This document shows, one piece after another, positions 45,153-54,137 of a DNA stretch of 64,000 nucleotides. A program made the translations under genes and the position numbers. Every line of letters starts with the position of its first letter. The first letter of the stretch is position 1. Origin of the DNA: Eubacteriales bacterium (GTDB lineage: Bacteria; Bacillota; Clostridia; Oscillospirales; CAG-272); contig JAZRAE010000093.1 of assembly GCA_045634385.1 (NCBI GenBank), positions 5,086 through 69,085 of the forward strand, given 5' to 3'. Under the pieces are notes generated by a model. It saw only the letters and a list, made by a program, of their open reading frames with translations. It did not search any database and was not told the DNA's origin.

Positions 45153-46154
45153 ATGAATTCCAATATAAGACCCGAAAATATGACACGCATCACAACCAAG
45201 GCTCTTGCAGACGCTTTTATCAACGAACAGGTAAAGCTCATCAAAGAACAGGTAGGCGACAAAAAGGTTCTCCTTGCCCTCTCCGGCGGTGTTGACAGCT
45301 CTGTTGTTGCCGCCCTTCTTATCAAGGCTATCGGCAAACAGCTTGTGTCCGTACACGTTAATCACGGACTTATGCGCAAGGGCGAAAGCGAGCAGGTAAT
45401 TGAAATATTCGAAAAGGGACTTAATGCCAATCTCGTATATGTTGATGCAAGCGAGAGATTCTTAAATCTTCTTGCAGGAGTCAGCGACCCCGAGAAAAAG
45501 CGAAAGATCATCGGTGCAGAGTTTATCAACGTTTTCGCCGAAGAAGCATCCAAGCTTGAGGGCATCTCATTCCTCGCTCAAGGCACTATATATCCCGACA
45601 TTCTCGAGAGCATCAAGCAGGCAGAGGGCAAAAAGGCGGTTAAGTCACACCACAATGTCGGCGGACTTCCCGAGGATCTTCAGTTCGAGCTCGTCGAGCC
45701 CCTTAAGCTCTTGTTCAAGGATGAGGTAAGAGTAGTGGGTGAGGCTCTCGGCCTACCTCACGCTATGGTTTACCGTCAGCCCTTCCCGGGTCCGGGTCTC
45801 GGTGTAAGATGCCTCGGTGCAATCACCAAGGATAGACTCGAAGCACTCCGTGAAGCAGATGCAATACTCCGCGAGGAATTTGACAAATGCGGTCTTTCAG
45901 AAACCGTATGGCAATACTTCATAGCCATCCCCGACATCAAGAGCGTCGGCGTTAAGGACGAAAGCCGCTACGAGGGTTGGCCCGCAATCATACGCGCAGT
46001 AAACACATCCGATGCTATGAGTGCAACAATCGAGGAAATCCCCTACCCCGTGCTGCATAAAATCACCGAGAGGATCACAAACGAAGTCGAGGGTATCAAT
46101 AGAGTTCTCTATGATTTGACTCCTAAACCTACCGGCACGATCGAGTGGGAATAA
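45153..46154 (+). CDS. guaA: GMP synthase ATP-pyrophosphatase/dimerisation part only (no GATase domain)
   Basis: 333 aa. LSGGVDSSV, KSHHNVGGLP, FPGPGLGVR, C-terminal KPTGTIEWE. An in-frame TGA at 45135-45137 excludes an N-terminal glutaminase domain. Confidence 0.9.
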   Translation: MNSNIRPENMTRITTKALADAFINEQVKLIKEQVGDKKVLLALSGGVDSSVVAALLIKAIGKQLVSVHVNHGLMRKGESEQVIEIFEKGLNANLVYVDASERFLNLLAGVSDPEKKRKIIGAEFINVFAEEASKLEGISFLAQGTIYPDILESIKQAEGKKAVKSHHNVGGLPEDLQFELVEPLKLLFKDEVRVVGEALGLPHAMVYRQPFPGPGLGVRCLGAITKDRLEALREADAILREEFDKCGLSETVWQYFIAIPDIKSVGVKDESRYEGWPAIIRAVNTSDAMSATIEEIPYPVLHKITERITNEVEGINRVLYDLTPKPTGTIEWE

Positions 46155-46181
46155 AATTCAACTGGATTTTCGGTCATCATA

Positions 46182-46724
46182 ATGGAAAAGCGTATAATAT
46201 TAAGTGCGCTTCTTCTCTGTTTTATTTTTCTATTATCGACATGCAACAAAGGAGATACAATGAAATATACATTTGAATCTTTGCAAGATGAAAACTTAAT
46301 GGGTGGCAGCTCGTATTTTATGGATTTCGGAGAAATGGAATCGCAAGAAGATGCCGCAATAGCAGAAGGAAAGCTGCTTTCCGCATTCGGTCAGCCGGAA
46401 TACACGAGTGAAAATTATGAAAACTCTTTTAATTATATTATTCGTGCTACCGCAGACAACGGAGAAAGTGTCATATTGACCGTTTACGGTATGGGGGTTG
46501 TTCATATAGGTGCTGAACAACAGAATGATTTTGCGCAAAAGGCTGCATCTGCTCTTATAGAATACGTAAATGCTTTTACTCCCGCAGATTACAGCCGCAC
46601 TGTTTATTACTTGGATTTTGATATGCAAATTGATATTCAGGTAAAAGGTGGCAAGGCTACAATCAGTCAATCTCAAATATCCCAAGAAAAAGCAAACGAA
46701 TTATTTGATAAGTTCTATAAGTAA
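46182..46724 (+). CDS. hypothetical probable lipoprotein
   Basis: 180 aa. Hydrophobic leader ending LLSTC (atypical lipobox). Confidence 0.45.
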   Translation: MEKRIILSALLLCFIFLLSTCNKGDTMKYTFESLQDENLMGGSSYFMDFGEMESQEDAAIAEGKLLSAFGQPEYTSENYENSFNYIIRATADNGESVILTVYGMGVVHIGAEQQNDFAQKAASALIEYVNAFTPADYSRTVYYLDFDMQIDIQVKGGKATISQSQISQEKANELFDKFYK

Positions 46725-46862
46725 TTTGTTGATACCATTTTGATACCGTTTTTGCAGAGACTCCATAGACGAAGCGGAAAAAGGCGGTAAAATTCCCCGA
46801 AAAACCGCGCGGAAAGACCTCAATTCACGGGTATAATGCTAATTTAAGCGAGTGGGAATAAG

Positions 46863-47030
46863 GCACTTGCTCGCAAGTGCAATTAAATCCACCTGACGGT
46901 GGAATAAATCTGCTTCGCAGATGAAGTCCTCGCAAAGCTCGGATGAAGTCGCCTCGGCGATAAGTGGATTTAATCCCAACCGAAAACGCAAGTTTTCGAC
47001 TTCATCCTAAAACCCGTTTTAGGACTTCAT
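46863..47030. repeat. nested-palindrome structured element built on (G)ATGAAGTC / GACTTCAT(C) words
   Basis: ATGAAGTCC 46921 pairs with GGACTTCAT 47022. GGATGAAGTCG 46941 pairs with CGACTTCATCC 46997. TTAAATCCAC 46883 pairs with GTGGATTTAA 46965. At least six mini-palindromes as well. Confidence 0.85.
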
Positions 47031-47081
47031 AAAAGAACAAGTAATGAGCACCACCTACCAACGCACCAAAAGGAGAAGAAT

Positions 47082-49418
47082 ATGACATTCGATTCCAAAG
47101 CAAAAATCGAGCTCATAGACGAAATGAAAAAGAAGACTATGTCCTTTGACGATGCCGTATTTGGCGGTGAAATAGGAGATATATTCACCTCACCGTTTGC
47201 ACACCCACCGGTATATCCGACCAAGGGTAAGCATCCGAGAGTAATGATATCCTCTCACAACATCGACACTATAAAGAACAACTTAACAAAGCCACAGAAT
47301 AAGTCCGCGTACGAGTCCTACGTCTCTTATACTGAAAAGGAAATGACCGGCGAATACTCTGGTAGCACCTTTGAGCTTTTGACTCACATTGAGGCAAAGG
47401 CGTTCCGTTATCTTATGACGGGCGAGGAGCTCTACGGCTATCAGGCTATATACAACATCAAGAACGCTATACTCACAGCTGAGCATATAGAGATCGATCC
47501 ATACAGAGCATACGGCTTGACAATGTACGTTGCCGCGTGCGTCTACGATTGGTGCTATGATCTACTCACCAACCTCGACAAGGATCAGATAGTCAGAGGC
47601 TGCATAAACCTTCTCGGCAAACGTATGGAGGTCGGCTGTCCGCCCGCAAAGGTTGGCGCAATAGCTCATCACACGGTTGAGTGTCAGATTTTACGTAGCT
47701 ATCTCTCGTTTGCGATAGCCACCTATGACGAGTATCCCGATATCTACGAATACGTGGCAGGCAGATTGTATAGCGACATTGTACCCTCGCAGAACTTTAT
47801 GCTCGGAACAGGAAAGCATTGGGAAGGCGCATACTACGCACCCTTCAGATACTGTAACCTACTCGATGCACAAAATCTTATGCTTGCAATGAGCGAGGGC
47901 AAATGCGAGATATTTAACTCAAATGATCTCTATACGGTTGCTAACGCTTTCATGGACTTTACTCTTCCCGGGCTCACCTATGACAAGATTCACGTCTTTG
48001 AGCTCGGTGATGTTGCGGCAACCACATTTGAGGACTACTTCTCCTCATCATTCTTCGCATCCTGTATGTTCGGTGATGCAAAGCTTAAAGGCTTCTCATT
48101 TGAGTGTTACAATGACAAAACCGACTTTGACAAACTGATGAACAACACATGGATCTCAGCTGTCAGATACCTTATACACAACAACCCCGACCTCGATCCC
48201 GGCGATCCCTTCGAGGGCAGAGATCTCGTGCGTATGGCAAAGTACCCATGCACCACCGCATTCGCAAGAACTGCTTGGAATGACAAGGATGCTGTCGCAG
48301 TCTATATGACAATGCCCGAGTTCTATTCTGCGAGCCACTCGCACGCAGAGGCAGGTTCATTCCAAATATATTACAAGGGTATGCTTGCATCCGATTCCGG
48401 CTATTATACTTCACACGGCACAGGCCATCACTCGGCATACACAAGACAAACCATATCCTCAAACTCCATCCTCGTATACAATCCCGATCTGGCAGAAAGA
48501 GGCACTTGGAACAAAGGAGAAGTAAACGAGCATCCTTATTCAGGCGGTCAATCCTTAGTACAAGACATCACAAGAATAGTCTGTCCGTACACAGCAGAAT
48601 CGGCAAAAACCTGTGCTGCTATGGATCAGCTAAAAGTTATTGGAAAGGCGTATGATGTTAAGGATGGTAAGCTCGGATTCGTATATCTCGCAGGTGATAT
48701 GACCGATGCGTACGATCAGGAATCCGTAGACGAGGTAACAAGACATATGATCTCGGTTGTAACAGATAACGAGAAAACCCCTCTCGTGTTTGCAACGTAC
48801 GATAGAATTACGTCAAAGGATCCTACCTACAAGAAAACCGTTCTTTTACACAGTATGACCGCACCCGTGGTAACTGATGACGGTTTTATCATCATCACAA
48901 ATACCAAGGAAAATAATAGCGGTAAGCTCATAGCACAGACTCTCCTGACCAATATGGAAGCTACCGTATACGGTGACGGAAACGGTGCCGAATATACGAT
49001 AAATGGCAAGTGTCACAAACCCCCGAACTATGATCCAACCGACCCCGATTATCGTATTGACCTTTGCCCAATAGCACCCACTCTCACAGACCGCATACTA
49101 ACCGTTATGTACGTTACCGATGCAAAGAACAACGCATCTCCCATAAAGGCAAAAGAGATTCAAACAGATAATCTTGCAGGAACATCAATATTTGGTAAAG
49201 TTCTCCTGTTCAATAAAAATCAAAGGTGTCTTTCCGGCGAATATTCTTTTACCACAGAAGGTGATAACGAGTTATCGTACTACATAGCAGGTGTAACAGA
49301 CGGAAACTGGCAAATAAGAGTAAACGACATAATAATCGAAACAAAAACCGTCAAAAGCAATCAGGGAATCTTGACCTTCCGTGCACCTGCCGGAAATGTC
49401 GCTCTAAAACTAATTTAG
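47082..49418 (+). CDS. heparinase II/III-like (polysaccharide lyase-fold) protein, cytoplasmic
   Basis: 778 aa. HSHAEAGSFQIYYKGMLASDSGYY resembles the Hepar_II_III motif. Alpha-toroid-like N-terminal half. No signal peptide. Confidence 0.55.
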   Translation: MTFDSKAKIELIDEMKKKTMSFDDAVFGGEIGDIFTSPFAHPPVYPTKGKHPRVMISSHNIDTIKNNLTKPQNKSAYESYVSYTEKEMTGEYSGSTFELLTHIEAKAFRYLMTGEELYGYQAIYNIKNAILTAEHIEIDPYRAYGLTMYVAACVYDWCYDLLTNLDKDQIVRGCINLLGKRMEVGCPPAKVGAIAHHTVECQILRSYLSFAIATYDEYPDIYEYVAGRLYSDIVPSQNFMLGTGKHWEGAYYAPFRYCNLLDAQNLMLAMSEGKCEIFNSNDLYTVANAFMDFTLPGLTYDKIHVFELGDVAATTFEDYFSSSFFASCMFGDAKLKGFSFECYNDKTDFDKLMNNTWISAVRYLIHNNPDLDPGDPFEGRDLVRMAKYPCTTAFARTAWNDKDAVAVYMTMPEFYSASHSHAEAGSFQIYYKGMLASDSGYYTSHGTGHHSAYTRQTISSNSILVYNPDLAERGTWNKGEVNEHPYSGGQSLVQDITRIVCPYTAESAKTCAAMDQLKVIGKAYDVKDGKLGFVYLAGDMTDAYDQESVDEVTRHMISVVTDNEKTPLVFATYDRITSKDPTYKKTVLLHSMTAPVVTDDGFIIITNTKENNSGKLIAQTLLTNMEATVYGDGNGAEYTINGKCHKPPNYDPTDPDYRIDLCPIAPTLTDRILTVMYVTDAKNNASPIKAKEIQTDNLAGTSIFGKVLLFNKNQRCLSGEYSFTTEGDNELSYYIAGVTDGNWQIRVNDIIIETKTVKSNQGILTFRAPAGNVALKLI

Positions 49419-49446
49419 CAAGTAATTTTTTGGTAAATTTTATATG

Positions 49447-49475
49447 TTGACAAACCGTCTATAACAAGATATAAT
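49447..49475 (+). promoter_or_regulatory. consensus sigma-A promoter of guaB
   Basis: Perfect TTGACA-17 nt-TATAAT. Confidence 0.7.
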
Positions 49476-49509
49476 ATTGAAAAATACGTATTCATTTAAG
49501 GAGAAAAGC

Positions 49510-51015
49510 ATGGCTACTTACTTTAATGACCCCTCACGCACCTTTTCCGAGTATCTTCTCGTACCGGGTTATACCGACGAGAGATGCGTTCCGGGAAACG
49601 TTTCTCTCAAGACACCATTAGTAAAATACCGCAAAGGCGAAGAGGAATGTCCTCTTTCGCTTAACATCCCCCTTGTTTCGGCAATTATGCAGTCTGTTTC
49701 TAACGATACGATGGCGATTGCTCTTGCCAAAGAGGGCGGCATATCCTTTATCTACGGTAACCAGACGATCGAGGATGAGGCGGCTATGGTTGCGAGAGTT
49801 AAGGGCTACAAAGCAGGATTTGTTGTTAGTGACTCTAACCTAAAGCCCACCGATACACTCCGTGACGTGCTTTATCTCTTTGAAGAAAAAGGACACAGTA
49901 CCATGGCAGTTACCGATGATGGAACTGCAAACGGTAAATTACTCGGTATCGTTACCGGACGTGACTACCGTGTCAGTCGTATGAGCGGTGACGAACTTGT
50001 TTCTTCCTTTATGACTCCCCTTGAAAAGCTCATTACAGCTCCCGCAACCACCACCCTTAAGAAGGCAAACGATATAATCTGGGATCACAAGCTTAACTCT
50101 CTTCCCATTGTTGATAAAAAGGGAAATCTCAAATATTTCGTATTTCGTAAGGACTACTCACAGCACAAGAGCAATCCCGATGAGCTTCTCGATAAGAACA
50201 AGAGTTATATAGTAGGCGCAGGTATCAATACCCGTGACTATGAAAAGCGCATTCCCGCTCTCGTTAAGGCAGGTGCTGACGTGCTCTGTATCGACTCCTC
50301 CGAGGGCTACACCGTATGGCAGAAGAGAACCATCGACTTCGTACGTGAGAAGTACGGCGATAAGGTAAAGATCGGTGCAGGTAACGTCGTTGACCGCGAG
50401 GGCTTCAGATTCCTCGCAGAGGCAGGCGCAGACTTTATCAAGGTTGGTATCGGTGGCGGCTCTATCTGTATCACCCGCGAGACCAAGGGTATCGGGCGCG
50501 GACAGGCAAGCGCGGTTATCGAGGTTGCCGAGGCTCGTGACGAATACTATCGCGAGACCGGTATCTACGTGCCCATCTGCTCCGATGGCGGTATCGTACA
50601 CGACTACCACATGACTCTCGCTCTCGCGATGGGCGCAGACTTCCTTATGCTCGGCAGATACTTTGCAAGATTTGACGAATCTCCCACACCCAAGACCATG
50701 ATCAACGGTCAGTACGTAAAGGAATATTGGGGCGAGGGCTCTAACCGTGCGAGAAACTGGCAGAGATACGATCTAGGCGGCAAGGCAAACCTCACCTTTG
50801 AGGAAGGCGTTGACTCCTACGTAACCTATGGAGGACCGCTTCACGATAACGTTGAGCGCTCACTCTACAAGGTTAAGTCCACTATGTGCAACTGCGGTGC
50901 GATCACCATTCCCGAGCTTCAGGAAAAAGCAAAGCTCACCGTCGTCAGCTCTACAAGTATCGTTGAGGGCGGCTACCACGACGTTATGCTCAGAAACACT
51001 ACAACGGTTAAATAA
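49510..51015 (+). CDS. guaB: IMP dehydrogenase (with CBS pair)
   Basis: Start [12 protein letters not shown] with an AGGAGA RBS. Catalytic loop [12 protein letters not shown]. The TTG start at 49477 in the track lies inside the promoter. Confidence 0.92.
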   Translation: MATYFNDPSRTFSEYLLVPGYTDERCVPGNVSLKTPLVKYRKGEEECPLSLNIPLVSAIMQSVSNDTMAIALAKEGGISFIYGNQTIEDEAAMVARVKGYKAGFVVSDSNLKPTDTLRDVLYLFEEKGHSTMAVTDDGTANGKLLGIVTGRDYRVSRMSGDELVSSFMTPLEKLITAPATTTLKKANDIIWDHKLNSLPIVDKKGNLKYFVFRKDYSQHKSNPDELLDKNKSYIVGAGINTRDYEKRIPALVKAGADVLCIDSSEGYTVWQKRTIDFVREKYGDKVKIGAGNVVDREGFRFLAEAGADFIKVGIGGGSICITRETKGIGRGQASAVIEVAEARDEYYRETGIYVPICSDGGIVHDYHMTLALAMGADFLMLGRYFARFDESPTPKTMINGQYVKEYWGEGSNRARNWQRYDLGGKANLTFEEGVDSYVTYGGPLHDNVERSLYKVKSTMCNCGAITIPELQEKAKLTVVSSTSIVEGGYHDVMLRNTTTVK

Positions 51016-51025
51016 TCATAACATA

Positions 51026-51065
51026 AAAGTGCTGTACTTATAACGGTACGGCACTTTGTTTTTTA
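51026..51065 (+). terminator. guaB terminator
   Basis: AAAGTGCTGTAC-(8 nt)-GTACGGCACTTT followed by GTTTTTT. Confidence 0.75.
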
Positions 51066-51099
51066 CGAACTGTAATTCAGCTATCAACTATGCTTAATA

Positions 51100-51141
51100 T
51101 AAAAACAGGAATGTTGCCGCAAAGCCACATTCCTGTTTTTA
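51100..51141. terminator. bidirectional terminator ending the TetR-controlled minus-strand operon
   Basis: AAAAACAGGAATGT-(12 nt)-ACATTCCTGTTTTT. Confidence 0.8.
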
Positions 51142-51148
51142 TATATCT

Positions 51149-51781
51149 TTATTCTGTTCCAAAGAGAACCTTTCTGAACAACTCTGCTGTCTTCTCCTCG
51201 CCTATCGCTTTCTTGAAAGCATCGGTCGAAGGGCCTCCCTTTGAGATCAGGCCTTCTACGTAAAAAGATGCTTTATCCCTTTTTACCTCAACATTATCCG
51301 TGGGTGCTACCGCACCAAGATATGCCATAAAATGCTCGGTAGCAAGCTCATTCATACGGGGCGTGTTAAGTTTTTTGCCCTTTTTGGATATGCTTACGGG
51401 AAGTTTGATTGAATCATACCAATGCTCCCCGGGATCTCTTTCGACAAGATCGGTATACCACTTTTTAACGTCAGGCATAACGAAAGCATCGGGATTGGTA
51501 AGTGTGTCATACAATTCAACTATAAGCACGTCATTGCCCATAGCGAAAATGCGGTCGTATGAGTAAAGCGGAAGATCAAGCTCACAGGGATTAACAATAA
51601 GAGTATCCATCTTCATAAGACCGAAAAAGCCCTTCGCCGTCATAACAGAAACGTGTCCAAGACCTTCAGCCTTATAGGATTTAATATCAAATTTCATCCC
51701 ACTCGCTTTAAGTCCGCTTATGCTGTCCGCATCGGTAAGAGGATACCTCTCGCCTATCAAGGACAAAAGCTTATCTATCAT
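51149..51781 (-). CDS. hypothetical protein; possible ferredoxin-dependent bilin reductase-like fold (speculative)
   Basis: 210 aa. The segment D-x3-Y-x6-H...IVNPCELDLPLYSYDRIF...VELYDT resembles the PcyA/PebA core pattern as I recall it from memory. Confidence 0.3.
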   Translation of the reverse strand: MIDKLLSLIGERYPLTDADSISGLKASGMKFDIKSYKAEGLGHVSVMTAKGFFGLMKMDTLIVNPCELDLPLYSYDRIFAMGNDVLIVELYDTLTNPDAFVMPDVKKWYTDLVERDPGEHWYDSIKLPVSISKKGKKLNTPRMNELATEHFMAYLGAVAPTDNVEVKRDKASFYVEGLISKGGPSTDAFKKAIGEEKTAELFRKVLFGTE

Positions 51782-51783
51782 AC

Positions 51784-52416
51784 TTATTCTCCTTTGCCGA
51801 TTTCAAGCTCAGCAAGACCGTTTTTATGCAGCATGTATACACCAAAGAGGAATGTGCCCTGCCCTACGACGTTCACGCCCTCGGCGATCCAGTTCATAGA
51901 CGCCTCAGCAAAATCCTTAGAGGAGAGATAGCCCATACCAAGACAGCATATAAAGGACAAAGAAAAGATGGCGATAAGCCAAGGCTTCTTCATCTTGTGA
52001 GCCACTATTGAAAGGACGGTATCAAGGATTCCAAGTCCCGCTACCATGAGTCCTACGAACACGAACGTGCCCTTGAACAGAGGAGGTGCAACGGCAAGAA
52101 GCGCGCCCTTTTCATCTTGGTTAAAGCAAAGCATAGCGAGAACACCTATTCCCGCGAGCAAAAATCCGATAGACTGTACCGGGAAAAACATGGCGTTAAG
52201 CGCCTCAAAATCGCACACGCCCCCAGCGTAAAGCAGCTTATAGGTCGCCTTAAGCGCACCCGCAGAGATAATATTTATCGTGCCTGCTGCGAAGAGAGCA
52301 AACGCTCCCTTGCTCATTTTATTATACAAGTCGCGCATCAGTATAACCGATGCGATGGCAAAGAAGATTACCGGTATGTAATCTACAAGAGCCATAGACA
52401 CAGAGAAGTCTTTCAT
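51784..52416 (-). CDS. uncharacterised polytopic membrane protein
   Basis: Start MKDFSV with an AAGGAGA RBS. About 6 hydrophobic segments. 2-nt gap to the downstream ORF. Confidence 0.5.
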   Translation of the reverse strand: MKDFSVSMALVDYIPVIFFAIASVILMRDLYNKMSKGAFALFAAGTINIISAGALKATYKLLYAGGVCDFEALNAMFFPVQSIGFLLAGIGVLAMLCFNQDEKGALLAVAPPLFKGTFVFVGLMVAGLGILDTVLSIVAHKMKKPWLIAIFSLSFICCLGMGYLSSKDFAEASMNWIAEGVNVVGQGTFLFGVYMLHKNGLAELEIGKGE

Positions 52417-52474
52417 TGTTTCTCCTTTACGGTAAAGCGGGGCAAATTCCCTGCCCCGATTCACCTTTAGTTAT

Positions 52475-53269
52475 TTATTTCTTGTTGAGATGGTAGATAG
52501 GAAGCAGAGGAATAATGATAGGAGTTTTGTTTGCGTACTCATTATATTCCTCGTTGTCGCCGTAACGCGCCATCTGACGCTTTTCAAGTCTCTGCGCACC
52601 GTTAAACATTATATAAACGATGCAGATATATGCAATGATTGCAGTGATCCACTGACCCACGGTCTTGTATGCATTGATGCCGCTTATGAACACACCGGTC
52701 CAGAAGATGATTTCTCCGAGATAGTTGGGACAACGGCAGATCTTGTAAAGGCCCTGTGTTGCAACCATATCGGGACGGACCTTTTTCTGTGCAGACTTCT
52801 GATTGTCTGCAACAGACTCAAGAACGAGACCGAGGATAGAAACAACAAAACCTATGATAGGAAGGATAATACCGGTAACGTCGTTAGTAACACGGAACAG
52901 CATCGGACTGACCTGTGCAGTGTAAAGCACGGTAACAGAAAGCCAGATTGCAACGAGAACGAATATAGGAGGATTCTTCTCACCGGAAACTTCCTTAAAG
53001 GTTTTCTTATAGGATGCGCTCTTTATCTCACGAACAAGAAGGAATCCGGAAAGGCGAATACCGTAAGCGAGGAACAAAGCCGCCTGAATGAGAAGAACCC
53101 AAAGGGGAGCCTCGGTTCCGGTAACGAGCGCCATAATGAGAATTGCTATGCCGCCGCCTGCAACTGCGAACCCGTAACCGATGGAAAGGAAGTATACGAA
53201 CTTATAAAAACCAACCGCGCAAAGTATAGCGCATACGATTGCAAGAATTCCAATAAGTGACCAGGGCAT
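52475..53269 (-). CDS. DUF1295 / steroid 5-alpha-reductase-like membrane protein
   Basis: 264 aa. C-terminal GLYKICRCPNYLGEIIFWTG matches the (R)HPNY(F/L)GE..WWG signature. Confidence 0.65.
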   Translation of the reverse strand: MPWSLIGILAIVCAILCAVGFYKFVYFLSIGYGFAVAGGGIAILIMALVTGTEAPLWVLLIQAALFLAYGIRLSGFLLVREIKSASYKKTFKEVSGEKNPPIFVLVAIWLSVTVLYTAQVSPMLFRVTNDVTGIILPIIGFVVSILGLVLESVADNQKSAQKKVRPDMVATQGLYKICRCPNYLGEIIFWTGVFISGINAYKTVGQWITAIIAYICIVYIMFNGAQRLEKRQMARYGDNEEYNEYANKTPIIIPLLPIYHLNKK

Positions 53270-53270
53270 A

Positions 53271-54122
53271 TTAGTTCTCCTCCTTAAAGCTTTCTTTTAT
53301 GTACTGTGCAAAACTCATATCGCCGTAAACGGTATCGCCTACCATTTCCTCGGTCATAGTCCACTTACCGAATTTAAGTACGCCATCCTTACCGGTTTTC
53401 TTCACCTTGTTGATGAATGCGAGAACATCAAAGAGAAGAGCGGGTGCGCGCTTGATAACAACAGGCTTGCCTGCAGCCTCAAAGCAAAGAGTTGCAAGCT
53501 CCTCGTATGAGTATGTCTCCTTACCGCCAACATCGTAAGTAGCCTTTTCATCGGTCATATGAAGAACGATAAACTCTGCAAAGTCCTCGGTAGAGATAAC
53601 GTTTGCGTGAATCGGCTTCTTGCCAAGGAGAGTAACCTCACCCTTAAGGATCATAGGCTTGAACACCTTGATAATATCGTAGAAGTAACCGGTAGGACGG
53701 TGAATCACGTAATTAAGTCCGCTCTCTACAAGCTCCTTTTCAAACATTGCCTTTGCATGAAGCATAGGAATATGAGGTGCTTTATCAGCCTTGATAACAG
53801 AGATAAAGGTAAAGTGCTTAACGCCCGCAGCCTTTGCCTCGTTGAGAAGATTTAGGTTGCCTTGATAGTCAATTTCGTAGGGAGTTACGGTAGCCGAGCC
53901 CTTAGTAAGTCCAACAGTGGTAATAACCGCTTCACAGCCGTCACAAATACCCTTGAGCGTTTCAGGATCGGTAACGTCGATCTTTCTAAAATCATATTTC
54001 TTTTCAATTCCAAGATCGCGCTCTGCGATATCTGCAGCCACTACGTCGTGGCCGTTCTTAATCAGTTCTTTTAATACATCTGCGCCCAAATTTCCAAAGG
54101 CGCCTGCAAGTAAAACCTTCAT
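53271..54122 (-). CDS. NAD(P)-binding NmrA-like/atypical SDR protein
   Basis: 283 aa. MKVLLAGAFGNLGADVLKEL Rossmann start. Confidence 0.7.
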   Translation of the reverse strand: MKVLLAGAFGNLGADVLKELIKNGHDVVAADIAERDLGIEKKYDFRKIDVTDPETLKGICDGCEAVITTVGLTKGSATVTPYEIDYQGNLNLLNEAKAAGVKHFTFISVIKADKAPHIPMLHAKAMFEKELVESGLNYVIHRPTGYFYDIIKVFKPMILKGEVTLLGKKPIHANVISTEDFAEFIVLHMTDEKATYDVGGKETYSYEELATLCFEAAGKPVVIKRAPALLFDVLAFINKVKKTGKDGVLKFGKWTMTEEMVGDTVYGDMSFAQYIKESFKEEN

Positions 54123-54137
54123 TTTGTAAATTCTCCT

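Noticed and set aside
49477-49509. TTG-initiated 11-codon N-terminal extension of guaB in the ORF track
   Set aside because: The TTG lies 2 nt after the -10 box of a perfect consensus promoter. The ATG at 49510 has an AGGAGA RBS and gives the canonical MATYF... IMPDH N-terminus.
52490-53260. 256-aa plus-strand ORF
   Set aside because: It is codon-aligned antisense to the DUF1295 membrane protein gene. It has no RBS and a non-protein-like composition.
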